From: Iphione sp. A-MEVVRFRX5
Taxonomy: Eukaryota
Length of the DNA stretch: 64,000 bases
Direction of reading: 5' to 3'
Assembly: GCA_976226885.1 (NCBI GenBank)
Contig: OZ320313.1
Span: 94,736,001 to 94,800,000 of the forward strand
Shown here: piece by piece, positions 46,843-59,462 of the stretch
Numbering within the stretch: position 1 is the stretch's first letter
Layout of the letters: every line of letters begins with the position of its first letter
Notes under the pieces: generated by a model
What the model was told of the DNA's origin: nothing
The model's database searches: none
The model's input: only the letters and a program-made list of their open reading frames with translations
Translations under genes and position numbers: made by a program

Positions 46843-49545
46843 ATGTCACCGGGTCTTAAGATTATGTGCTGTAACATTCGCAGTATCATAAAAAAGTTGC
46901 AGATGTGGGTGTGTCCTTCAGCAGGAGAAGGTTGATATCTGTTTAATTATGGAGACTTGGCTAAATAGTACAGTTGATGAGAGTGTATTAGAGATTGGTG
47001 GGTATAATCTCATTAGGGTAGACAGAGAAAGGACAGCTAAGAGTCGCGGAGGGGGGTTGCTAATGTATGTTAACAACAAGTTCCTGATTAAGAGAACTAC
47101 CCTGTACAGGGATTGCAACTCCAGAACGGAGTTCTTGGGGGCTCAGGTGAAGGCAGGGGCGAGGAGGCCCATTGAAGTTCTGGGTGTCTATAGGCCTCCT
47201 GAGGACAGGGATGGGAACTCAGTCAAGGCCCTTACAAGAGCGTGCTCTGACTTCTTCTCTGACAGGGGCTCGGACCATGTGGTGATGGGGGACTTCAATT
47301 ACCACTACCCACAGCAGTCGAGGACTGGGTTCTCAATTATTAGCTAATTAGCAGCATTGGCTTCCATCAGGTGATTCAAAAGGCTACTATGGTCAATAGC
47401 AAAAACTGCCTGGATCACATCTGGGTTGATTTCTCTTCCCACTAAGCTGGTAGCACCCTTGACGAGTTCCATAGTGATCACCTGCCAGTGGTGGTTGTGA
47501 TCAAGAAGGGGTCTGGCAAGCTTGCTCCGGAAACAAGACAAATCCGTCATCGGTCAAACGTGGATGTGAATGACATAGCAGACAGGCTGACCAGGGAGGG
47601 CCACTTAGACATGATAGGGAATTTTGAAGAGAAATGGGATGGTTTTGAGTCAGCTGTTAGGAGTTATCTGGAAGAAACCTGCCCTCCAAGGGAGAAGGTC
47701 ATCAAAAGGGACAAAGACGGCATTGCTCCTGGCCCTGGTTTAATGAACCTGATTACTGATAGGAAGTACTTCTTCCTTAAATGGAAGCTGGAGGGAGATG
47801 AAGACAGTAGAAGGATATTCAAATACTTAAAAGAAGAAGGTATGGACTGCAATCAAGGCTGAGTGGATGGAGTACTGGGGCAACAAATTAGCTAGTGCTT
47901 GGGGTGATACTAAAGCTACCTGGGGGATCCTAAATAGCATTATGGGTAGAAAACCGATGGCTAATAAATTACCGACTGACCCCAACCCAGGTTCTACCAC
48001 TCTCCCAACAATGTTCAAAGAGCATTTTCTGGGGAGGCTCTCCGAGCTAACTAAGAATCAGTGCCCTCCACTTGCACTCCCAGCTGAACCAGCCGAGGTG
48101 ATGTTTGAGTCCCCCCCCCGGCCCTCGGAAATTCTACCAATTATAAGTAAGCAGAAGTTGTCCAAGTTTTCTGGAGTCCATGGCATTTCTACCATCATCC
48201 TGAAACCTCTACTATTGAACTGTCATGTGTTTTATCATGGATCTTCCTCCAGTTGATCATCTCTGGTATACTCCCAAGCTCATGGAAAACAGGAGCTGTC
48301 ACTCCTGTTTACAAAAAGGGGGACCCCGAATCACTCAACAACTATAAAGCGGTTTCCATTCTCCCACTGCAAGCAAAAATATTTGAGTCATGGTTTACAG
48401 CTAAGCTAGTTCACTGGCTCAAGTCCATTAATGGCTTCTCAGACTGTCAACATGGGTTTAAGAAGGGGAGGTCAACTGAAACTGCCTTTTCTGCCATCAT
48501 GTGTGATGTGTTTGAGAAATGTAATGATGGTATGTATGCTTGTATTCTTTTTTATCTTAAAATGGCCTTTGACGTGGTCTGTCATGGTAAATTCATGCAG
48601 GACCCTGCCTGGAGAGGTATTGGTAACCATACATTAAATTTCATTAAGAGCTACCTAAGTAATGATTATCAGCGTGTCTCATGTAATGGTATTAGGTCAG
48701 GAGTCTTACCATTAACCCATGGAGTCCCTCAGGGATCTATCATGGGGCCCAGTTCATTCTGTGTGGCCATTGATGATGTAACAACTGAAATTCCCAGTTC
48801 CTGCTTTCCTGTCCTCTACGCCAATGACCTAACCATAGCAGTCTATGGTAGCAACTTGCTCAAACTTAGAACACTAGCATCGACAGTCCTCAATAAGGTT
48901 TCCAGGTGGTGCTCTAATTCCGGATTAGTTTAGAGTAAGATTAATACTTGTATGTCACCGTGGGGAGATCATGAGGGTATGACCTGGATCTAAAACTTGA
49001 TGGAGAGAGTTTGAAAAGAGAAGCCACCACAAAATCCTAGGTTATGTCCTTGGCTCATCCCTAAAGCCCAAAGCAGTCCTGGTACACCTAAAACATAAAA
49101 TGTGGTCAGCTGCTCTCGGTATTGGCAGAACAAAATATCTACTTCCAGTTTTAGCTAGAAAGATGCTTTTCTCAGCCCTAGTCTTAACCCACCTGAATTA
49201 TCATACAGTTTCCCTTTACACCTTAACCTCCTCCTAACGGGTTTGATTGCAGACTTTCATTAACAATGTGCTCGAGTATTCTTTCAAACAGTACACTTCC
49301 TCCCTGCCAGGGTTCTCAATGAGTGCTTTGATGTACCTAGGGTTGATGCCCTATTGGGAAAAAAAGGTATAGACTGTATTGGCAAACTAGTGAAGTTAGG
49401 TCTGATTGCACTTGCAAAACAGACTAAGACTAGATGTGGTTCTCACATGCGGGGTACACTTACCAAACCATGTTCTGCCCTATTTGAAAGATCACTACAG
49501 TATTGAGGTGTACTACGGTGGAATGCTCTGTCAGTGAGAACATAA
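46843..49545 (+). pseudogene. ORF2 (APE-RT) of element C
   Basis: MSPGLKIMCCNIRSI, METWL, RGGGLLMY, VYRPPED, MGDFN, SDH, VSILP, QHGFKKGRST, GVPQGSIMGP, YAND (YADD mutated), RWNAL. Confidence 0.9.
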
Positions 49546-51013
49546 TCTTATGTTCTGTGACCTTGTCATATGAAGTTGAGTCTGCAACATGAGCTATGAA
49601 CAAAAGAATTCGTACTGAGTGTCCTACTGTAGAGGTTTACCTGCACTAAATTTGTTAAATCTTATGCGCTATATGAAAATGTGATAGTATCTGTGATACT
49701 ATGAGCCATCTTGAAGATATCCCTAGTCTTTATGTAATATCCCTAGTCTTTATGTAATATATTCACTCTTTGTGGTGCTGTGGTTGTTTTGTACTGTGAA
49801 CCTTTTCCTGACTTGTTCGGTGATTGTCCCCTGCAGTAAAACTGCATCAATGTATCATTCAACAATCTCTGCAGAAAAGACACTACGTTGATGTATCATT
49901 TAACTATCTCACCACTATGTGATTTGGCATGTCGGATGATAGCCCTTAGCAACACGAAACCATGCTGATGTATGGCTCTACTATCCCAGCACTCTGTGAT
50001 CTGTATATATCATCTTTTGATTGCTGACTCGAGCTGACTTACTTGCCTGTGGTCTTATTTTATTCACAACATATCTGTTGTATCATCCTATAACCTCTTA
50101 TTATTAAGCCATACTGTAATATCATAATTTATGTAGCACTGTTATTTTTTAATTTGCACCTGCTATTTCCAAGGGAAGCTCCAAACATGTATGTTGGAGA
50201 AGGAAATAAAAATTCTTGAATCTTGAATCAAAAAGATACAAAGGGTTTCTGGAGAAATATAAGAACAAACTTAATTGGGACACAAAGTGCCTCAATAATT
50301 CAACAAAAAAGTGAATGTGGACAATCCGTGGATGAGAAAGATACAGCAGAATATATAAATGATTTTTTCATTAATGTGGGACCAAATATAATTCGGGACG
50401 TTGGAAAGCCAAATTGTGAAAACTTAAACTCAAAGAGTGTAAAGAACGTGATGTATTTTGACTTAATATCAAGAAAGGAATATTTTGAGATGGTAAAATC
50501 ATTGAAAACTGGAAAACCAACATCCTTTCTGAATCTAAGGATGGATGTATGCAAAGATTTGCTAGGTGTGCTTAACAAGGAAGTCCGGTACCTATTGAAC
50601 TACTCACTGATATTCAAGGGCATACCATTGGAATGGAAAGCTGCTGTTGTAACGCCTATCTTTAAAGGAGGGGATAGTAGCAAAGCAAGTAATTATAGAC
50701 CTATAAGTGTAATATCAATATTCACTAAGCTACTCGAAAAAGCAGTATTTAGAAGAATGATGGCATATCTGGAAAAACATAAACTACTAACAAATTACCA
50801 AAATAGATTCAGGCCAAGTAGACGTACAGGGACAGCTTTGGGTGTTTTAACTAATAAGATATATGAAGAGTTTAATGAGCAAAAATCGATAGGATGTATA
50901 CATGTATTTATAGATTGTAAAAAGGCATTTGGTTCTGTAAATCACGAAATAATACTCTATAAACTGGAAACACGGGGGATGGGCCTGGAATTAGACTTGT
51001 TTATTAATTATTT

Positions 51014-51115
51014 TATGTTGAACGCACAAACAACACACTGAAGTACATTTTTAGGCGGCTTTATTAACAATCCCAACGTTTCGGCGAACATGGAGTGCCT
51101 TCTTCAGGGGTCAGG
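51014..51115 (-). mobile_element. 102-bp Penelope-like insertion with a 17-bp TSD inside the RT of element E
   Basis: TTGTTTATTAATTATTT at 50997-51013 and 51116-51132; host reading LDLFINYLTNRKQRVK is restored on removal. Confidence 0.8.
51072..51110 (-). ncRNA. Minimal type I hammerhead-ribozyme-like motif (Penelope type)
   Basis: Minus strand reads CCC-CUGAAGA-A-GGC(loop)GCC-GAAA-CGUU-GGG: both core boxes, stem II, palindromic ACGU stem III and a 3-bp stem I. Confidence 0.65.
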
Positions 51116-52496
51116 TTGTTTATTAATTATTTGACAAATAGAAAACAAAGGGTAAAGGCAATTGGTGTTCTCTCAACTGAGAGGACAATACAATGTGGGG
51201 TCCCGCAAGGATCAACCCTGAGTCCCCTCCTCTTTGCCATCTTCATTAATGACTTACCGCAATGCTGTAAAGAATCAAATATATTGTTTTATGCTGATGA
51301 TACGGTACTGTACATGGCTGAGAAAGAAAAAGATATCTTGCAAAAGAAACTGTAAATTGAGCTGGAAGAAGTAGAAGAGTGGTATAAGAATAACAGAATT
51401 CAAGTGAATGTGAAGAAAACGGAGGTAGTATTATATGAAAGTTGGCGTGGTACAAATAATCTAAATCTCAAAATGGGGGGCAATGTACTAATTTCATCAG
51501 GGGGGTAGAAGTACTTGGGGGTATATCTTGATAAAACAGTGAGCCTAAAACCGTTTCATAGGCAAATTCTCGGTTAGCAAAACAGTAAAACAAATATAGT
51601 ATACAGACTAAAGGGTCTGATCAACAGAGAGGTGATGATTCGTTTATTAAAGACATTTATACAACCTGTTGCGGAATATGGGGCATTTCTGCTGCCAAAA
51701 CAAAGGCTCGCAATGGTAGATACACAGCTGAGGACAATTTGGAGAACGGCATTAGGATAAAGAAGACAAGAAATATCAAATCATGACTTATGCCCCCCCC
51801 CTTTCAACAGGAATGGACCTGCAGACTGTAAAGCATCTGGCAACAATTGAAGGGAACTGGGAGAGGAATGGCAGATATAATGTCAGAGGAAAAAGGAGAA
51901 GTATAGGACGTCAGGAAATGATAAAAAGAGAGATTTACAGGGATTCTCTTAGATACAGAGGGAGGAAGCTTTGGATAGGACTGCCAGCTGAGATAACAAA
52001 TATAGAAGATGACCGTATATTTAAAAACAATTTCAAGACATATACTATGAATAAAGTGCAGAAAGAATATTAGCGTGTCTGATGATGTGAATGATTGTAT
52101 AATAAAAGGTGGATGTGAATGATAACTGAGTGTCAGTAATATCTCATTGGAATAATAGAAACAAAGAAATAAATGTGAATGATTGGAAGTATAGGTTGAA
52201 AGATGTATTAGATAATAAGGGATACAAACTCATATATATATACCGCATATATATATACTTAATGTTAAATCATTGGGTGGTCTGAGGATGTTTGTATTGA
52301 ATGAAGCTGTGCTGTTCTGATAAATAAATGGCATGTTTGGATGTCTAAGCAGGGTTATTAAAAGAGATACACTGGCTTGTATTATCATCCCATTATCATT
52401 ATCATCACCTTTGAGAATGTATAATTACAGTGAACCTGGACCTACATACAATATGTATTTCTCATCCCAGAAAATAAAATTGATAAAAAAAAATAC

Positions 52497-53045
52497 TTGT
52501 GTTCTCTTCATGTTCTCCCTGATACTCATGGTCTCACTCATACTCTCACTCATGTTCTTTCTGATAGTCATGTTCTCACTCATGTTTTCACTTATACTCT
52601 TACTCATGTTCCCTTCATGTTCTCACTGACACTCATAGTCTCACTTTATACTCTCACTCATTTTCTTACTGACAGTCATGCTCTCTCTTATGTTCTCAGT
52701 GACACTCATGTTCTCACTCACATTCTTAGTCATGTTCTCACTCATGCTCTCATTTACACTTGAGCTCTATTCATGTTCTTACTGACACTCATGGTTTCAC
52801 TCATACTCTCACTCATGTTCTCACTGATAGTCATGCTCTCACTCATGTTCTTCTCTCATACTCATACTCATGCTTTCTTCATGTTCTTACTGACACTCAT
52901 AGTCTCACTTAAACTCCCATTCATGTTATTACTGATAGTCATGCTCTCACTCCTGTTCTCACTGACACTCATGTTCTCACTCATATTCTTAGTCATGTTT
53001 TCACTCACACTCACTATTTGAGAGAACATGACCTCCATATGCAGC
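52497..53045. repeat. CTCATGTTCTCACT-type minisatellite related to the arms of the 45905-46616 foldback
   Basis: Same repeated words; ends in ATGACCTCCATATGCAGC, which matches the foldback terminal motif GCTGCA(A/T)ATGGAGGTCAT. Confidence 0.75.
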
Positions 53046-53960
53046 ATTTGCTGCAGTGTTGTTTTTCTAAATAGACTGATGAATTCATCCAATTTATTCA
53101 TTGTACTGTAATATACTAAACAATGTTAACTTCATTCAAATGCAATGTTAATTCATAACACCACGATTGTCTTTTCTATTCAGCCATGTTATTGATGTGC
53201 CGTATATAACAGACCTGCATATTATTCATATAGTTCAATATAGACATATTTTGTAGGCTGGCAAAAAAAAGTTTCATAGCTGATGTCGTGAACTGACAAA
53301 TTCAATATAAAAAACCCAGGTGAAACTGCCATGGCACGCAGAAAACACAGGGAATATGAAAATGAAGTTTCAGTGGATACCCTGCTGTTATGTCCTTGTG
53401 CGAAGGTGTTTTAACGTAATGTTGACTACTTAATAAAGGCTGCTGGCTCAGTATTATTAGTACCTTACATTTTGCTAACCTAAATCACATGTGTATCAGA
53501 TATGTGTGTACTGACCAAAGCCGGCTGCATTCACCATCTGCACTTTTCGACATGTCAGAATGTACCTTTATATATTTAGTACCATCTATTCTTATGAAAA
53601 GAGACTCCCCCATAGGATCGATGTAATTAGAGCTACTATTGACTGATGGATTTAAAGCCCAGAGCGTTATCGTTGCCACAGCTATTTCTACAGATACGGC
53701 CGGGATAGTATACAAAAACATGATCACCTGATGAAGGGATGTTCCCACCTTCCAAAAGCTCCTGAATCCATGTCATGTATGAGCTAAAAAAAGCCAGACC
53801 TGTTTCTAACCAAGGTCTTTAGCTGTCTTAATACAGTTATACATATGCTAGGTAAATAAACACGAGAGTAACAGCAGGTGATATAAAGTCATGTGCTCCT
53901 GGTATATAGCATTGACTACCCAATGACGACCTACAGTGTGATGCTTCTGTCTCTTTACAG

Positions 53961-54059
53961 CATGGAGAGACAGCCCTACATATGGCGGCGAGTGGGGGCC
54001 ATCTTGAAATTGTAAAATACCTGAAGGAAAAGGAGAGCGACATTCATGCTACAGATAAG
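53961..54059 (+). CDS. DAPK1: Ankyrin-repeat exon of the DAPK1-like gene: HGETALHMAASGGHLEIVKYLKEKESDIHATDK
   Basis: 99 nt (one 33-aa ankyrin repeat), ctctttacag acceptor, gtatgt donor, phase 0/0; TALHxAA..GH..IV motif; corresponds to human HGTPPLLIAAGCGNIQILQLLIKRGSRIDVQDK (recalled). Confidence 0.8.
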
Positions 54060-54214
54060 GTATGTAAAAACAATACGTATATATTAATAGGCTGAAAGTT
54101 GTGTTCTGGGTGTTCATCAGTGCTATAGTTACCTCTGTAACCCCTTTACTCCGTAAGTCACTCTGTGTACATTTTAGTGTTCTCCCCTATTACCTACCTA
54201 TTAGCACTATTAAG

Positions 54215-56117
54215 AGACATAAGACTGAAAAAATTATTACTTGAGAAAAGCAAGATCATGTAAAGATGTTGACACTAATAGAATTGCCAAATATTTGAAA
54301 TCACAAGTCAGAAAGAGTATTAAACTACACAAAGAGTTTTATTACAAACGAAAACTATATGAGACAAGAAAGAACTTTGCTGATTATTTGCTTATAATGA
54401 AGGAATTACTGGGTAACCAAAAAAATGCATGCAAAAATCTCTCTATTGTTCATGATGACGTGGACGTACCGATAAGGTATCAGACTTATTCAATTAACAC
54501 TTCACTAACATTGCTCACAACCTCGTTGCAAACTTGCCTTTGTCTTCTCAGGTGAACTCGCAAGAGAGTGCACATGGCGAGTCTGGTCACAGTAAATCTT
54601 ATATTAAAAATGTATCACAATCTGAAGTCATGAAAATCATTCAGAAAATGAACAAAAAGGAAAACTGTAATTTATCTAAAATCCCTACTGCTCTGTACTG
54701 GTACATTGCTACAACATGTGTTCACCAGCTAACACATCTATTTAATCTTTCGATTAAATCAAACTCTTCTCCTGATGAGAGGAAAATTGTGAAGGTTATC
54801 CCACTTTTCAAAAAGGCCAACTCAGCTGTAATGGACAACTATAGACCAATCTCGTTACTGCCTGCACCAGCTAAAATCTTAGAAAAAAATTGTCTTTGAA
54901 CAATTATACACTCATCTCGAGACAGAGCATAAGCTGACAGATGAACAATTCAGTTTCAGACATGAAAGAGGTACCAAAGAAGCAATTTTCAATGTGACCA
55001 ACATGATCTATGGTAATCTGAACAGTGGTCTGCGCAGCAATGTCATCTGTATTGACCTAAAAAAAGGCCTTTGATACAGTGGACCACAACATACTACTAA
55101 AGAAACTTGCTATGTACTTCAATTTCGATGAAATTAAATGGTTTCACACTTATTTACATGGAAGAAAGCAATACTGTAGGGTAAATGGCATCTGCTCTGA
55201 ACTGGGAGATATAAGCATTGGTGTTCCTCAAGGATCCACCCTTGGACTGCTATTGTTTTCGCTATTCATAAATGACCAACCCAGTTCCATCAGGGCTGAT
55301 GTAAAACTCTTTGCAGACAATACATTGATTTTAGTGAAAAATAAATGTACAGCAAAACTTTATGGTGAAACCCAGTCAGTCATGGTAAGATTAGATAATT
55401 GGTTTAAATATAATAGACTCTCAATCAACACTGAGACAAATCAAAAATTCTTCCAGTTTATAGTGGTCGTCTGAAACAGAATATGTGCATTAAGCTGGGA
55501 AATGATTATATTGAATATGTGGATAACTATGACTACTTAGGTGTGGCCATTGACTCTGATATGAGGTTTGACAAAGAAGCAGACAAAGTAATAAAAAAAG
55601 TCCTTCAAAAAGTAAGTCTACTATATAAACTAAAACCCTACTTAAATATCAGGGACATGGTCATCCTGTACAAAAGCTGTATGTATATTGCCACATGATT
55701 ATTCAACGGCGATGCTGCATAGCTGTACTCAAAGTTGTCTAAACAAAATGCAAAAGCTACAGAACAGAGCTCTAGCAATAAGCTATACAAAAATACTGTA
55801 CTTATCAGAGAACAAAAACAATGCTATCCAGTCAGGACCTCCATATTAAATTTGCCATCATGATACTAAAGCAGAGAAGAAAGTGGTTTACAGTTAACAT
55901 TGTGCACAGACTGTGCCTGTTAGGATTACTGCCAACTCAAAACCCAGCTAGGACAAGGCAGTATGATGCCACTCTTCTACAAGTATTTAAACCAAGAACT
56001 GAGCTAATAAGGAAATCTATACATTATCAAGGACTGAATGACTGGAATAATCTAGACCCATTTATACGTAGTATCCCTGATATTGAAACCTTCAGGATAG
56101 TGTCTCGCTTTGCATGA
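54215..56117 (+). mobile_element. Degenerate 5'-truncated CR1/L2-group LINE (element F)
   Basis: NYRPISLLP, DLKK(A)FDTVDH, GVPQGSTLG, FADN (mutated YADD), YDYLGVAID, YQGLNDWNNL; many frameshifts. Confidence 0.85.
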
Positions 56118-56791
56118 ATGATGCATAGTATAAGGAGCTGATCAAATGTCAGTGTTCTACTGACTACACTATCACTATTTTTTTTGTTATTAAAATTGTC
56201 ACCACATTGATCCATACTGTAATCATCTACCTTTCAAAACCGTCTCTGTGAGATGACATTGTGGATGAAATAAATTTTTTCTTATCTTATCTTACCTTTC
56301 GTAAACTGATTGACTCTCATTATTATTAAGGAATTGAGTATACATCTGGATCTCGCAAACAGCAGGAGTAAAGGGGGTAAAGGTGGTATCAGGTCCAGTT
56401 TATGTTTTTGCATTGGGTTTGTATTTGCACTGCAGTGAGCTAATCCAGTTTCCCACATGGGAACCTCTGAGGGAGGAAGGTGTCCTTTCGGTTGCATGAT
56501 GAATGTTGCATTGCTGCATTTTTACTGTTCCAACCGTGTTTATACTGCATTCCATGCCATTTTTGTACTGCAAATATCTTAATTTTGTTGTAGATGTGCG
56601 TTTTTTCTAAAAATGTCATGAAATTTCGGCATTTTTCCTCACATTAATTTGAAATTTCTGGCAGATGTACATTTTTCCCAACATATCTCTTGAATTTATG
56701 CAACTGTGGTTTATGCAAATGATATGCAAATTAGGGAGATGAAGGTTTTTGAAGAGGTGACTGTAGTTTGATCTATCATGTTAAGTTGCAG

Positions 56792-57416
56792 TGTAACACA
56801 GCAGTGTATGAACCAAATACAAATCTAGTAGCCACTGTGCAATAAAGTAATGTAATGTGGTAGTGTTATGTTAGCGTGAGATAATGTTATGTCACAATAT
56901 TCAGATAATGCTTCGGAGTAAGCGGTACTGAGATAATATTATATTATGTGGTTTATTGGTTCATGTATAGTGTATTGATAGAAATACTTGAAATAAAGAT
57001 GTAATGCAAAGTACTGTAAGCTGTGCAAACAAATTTTTGTCAGTAGTACTCTTGTTCTTTGTATCAGCACTGAATGGAAATAGTCTTCTAAAACAGTGTA
57101 AAGCCATTGTATTTTGTGTCAAGTCACTTTGTGAACAGCAAAGATGTTATCAGTGAGCTCTTACAAGACCTTGGATGCTGGGTGCTTGTGACATCATGAT
57201 ACCTAAGATGACATTTAATTAATGACCATGTCCAGTCTACAAGGTGTGACTACATAGTCACTTTGGTAGAGTTGAGTATATAAGAAAGTTGAACCGACGC
57301 TCTCATCGGACTTGCCTTCCTGATGCTGCTGAGAGGCTGACTCGCTGTAAAATTTGCTGAAGAAGAATAAAAGGCTAATATTGAACCTGCTGGTGTGGTG
57401 TTGGCTTTGTGCTACA
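56792..57416 (+). mobile_element. Solo LTR (Gypsy-like, 4-bp TSD)
   Basis: TGTAACAC...GTGCTACA termini, GCAG on both sides (56788-56791, 57417-57420), internal TATATAA and AATAAA. Confidence 0.75.
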
Positions 57417-58729
57417 GCAGGGTTTAATACAAAAGATACCCCATAATGTCATATATCGTTTGAAAGCCCTTGAATTTGCATGTTAATTTGGAAACATTAC
57501 CATTTTATATTTTGGAGTGCCATGGTAACAAGATAGGATTTAAAGTATGGTATGAATTACAAAAGGTACATTTATCCTAATTACTATTGGTGGTAGGCAA
57601 GCATTGAAAAATATTAATCCTAGAAAAAAATATCCATTGACACAGTATTCAGCAGGTGATTTCCAGTGTTCTGATACCTGATTTGTCTCTGTAAGTGATC
57701 TGCAACACATTTTATCATAACCTAAATATACATGTCTCATGCAAAAATAGTGCATCACCATGTGCATTAGTATCACTAATGCAGAATTGATGCAGTGTGG
57801 GATAGTACTAAAATGGATATAATTATAATTTATGGGAAAATATCAACCAGAAATAACTTCTCATTAAAGAAGCTGTGATTTTCTTAAGAATTGTTATGGA
57901 GGAAAGTAACAGAGACCAGTATCTATCATATTCTAATTAAATTAAATTATTATGTAATAATACATATTGTTTATATTTGAAAATGTACCCTAATGTTTTA
58001 ATCATGACTCTCATTTTCCTTATTTTCCTCAGTGAAGAATCATAAAGTACTTTAGATTCACTCCCAACATAAAGTCTCGAACACATTATTATGAATTGTA
58101 ATCATATTTCTCTAATTCAACATTTTAGATCATTTGTAAGGCATATATCTATGGACATGTATGGAAATATATACAACTAAGGTACATTTATACTATTTTG
58201 ACTGGTCATGTGAATATTTCTCCATGGAAACCCAGTATATTTTCAAAAAATTTAAAGTGACATTGGATGGCTTACAATATGATCATCTTTGTGCCCAAAT
58301 GACAGAAATGCATCAAATATCCATGATATGACCTCTGAAGGCAAAATTATCATTCTTTAGTGATTGATTCGTCCATTGGCGGTCCGGATAGGGTTAAACC
58401 TGGTCTGAATGTGATTTCCCATGCCCTACTCATGTATTTGTATTGCATGAAATTAGGACCACTGTCCGAAAATGAGCAATACAAAAGCGCTGCAAATGCA
58501 AGTTCATTCAAACAATGCACGTATGGAAATCACTGTTTGTTGGGATTGGTTTATTTAATAAGCAATGCAAACACAATACTATTGACCCAGTATTAAATTC
58601 CGTATTCAGTTCCACAAAATGAATGCCCTATTCAAAGCATCCTCTCCTGCTTCTAGAGTTGAGGTCCAAAGGAGTAAAGTGACTAGAATCCATAATAATT
58701 TATGTATAAACCGTAAATTATTAAATAGA

Positions 58730-59197
58730 GTTTCTGGGTATAAATACCTGGATTTGATTATTGATGAGAAATTAATCTGGCTCATGGTTCATTAGTACTA
58801 AAAACGCTTCTGGACAAAGTTTGACTTGGGAGTTGACATGTCCATGAGTACAAATATAGAATATCAAATGGCTGAAATGTTCAAATTGAAAGAATGTATT
58901 GCATTGCATCAATTGATAATTGCATATAGGGCAATGAGATCTATGATTACAAAATTCATTTCAGAGAAATATGTGAAAAGTGATCAAATATACACTCTAA
59001 GGGGAAATATGTATGATAAATTAATTTTACCAAGGGGTCTTAAGGGACCAGTAACACCGACTAATTACTATAGATTGGCAAAGCAATGCAATAAGTTTAA
59101 ATCATATTCTCATGATTATGACAATATGAGTGAATATAAAAAGGATGCGTGTAGTAAATGGCAAAATTTGAAACCTATAAAAATACAAGTTAACTAA
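58730..59197 (+). mobile_element. C-terminal fragment of a CR1/L2-group ORF2
   Basis: YKYLDLIIDEKL followed by a YTLRG..LILP..YYRLAKQCNK-type C-terminus. Confidence 0.6.
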
Positions 59198-59462
59198 ATA
59201 TTCACCCAAGCAGCTCCATAAATATAATTATGGCACTATAATTATTTATACAAGTTTTCAGAGTTACTTTACAAGGCGCTTTGGTCTACCGAGTGTAAAA
59301 AAAGTAGTGAAAAGTAGTAAATTCTGATACTTGGAAATTTAATAGGCAACAATAGTACTAGATGGTGATTTACTTGTAAATATTGGCAGCTTAAGGCTGG
59401 AAACCAGCAATTATGCTGATGCCTTTTGTTGTACAAATTTTGAAATAAAAAAAAAGATGGGC

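Larger units (their letters stand above)
36412..50228 (+). mobile_element. Full-length but decayed three-ORF LINE (element C), homologous to A, carrying several secondary insertions
   Basis: TSD CAAAAA(A)GAT at 36407-36416 and 50229-50237; leader AAGATGGCAGACGAGTAGAGG; AATAAA plus (ATTCTTGA/ATCTTGA) tail at 50205-50228. Confidence 0.88.
35420..52073 (+). mobile_element. Older CR1/L2-group LINE ORF2 (element E), split into 35420-36416 and 50229-52073 by element C
   Basis: APE (MNAQS, ITETWL, LGDFN, SDH) on the left; joined reading IDIYKKQK|DTKGFW; RT motifs NYRPIS, GVPQGSTLSP, YADD on the right. Confidence 0.85.
15449..53960 (+). other. 38,512-nt GT-AG intron of the DAPK1-like gene, filled with TEs
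   Basis: The flanking exons join in frame (..NQANR|HGETALH..) and match consecutive DAPK1 sequence (..NQPNK|HGTPPLL..). Confidence 0.75.

Noticed and set aside
52333-53101. Several Leu/Met/Ser/His-rich ORFs
   Set aside because: They are translations of the CTCATGTTCTCACT minisatellite.
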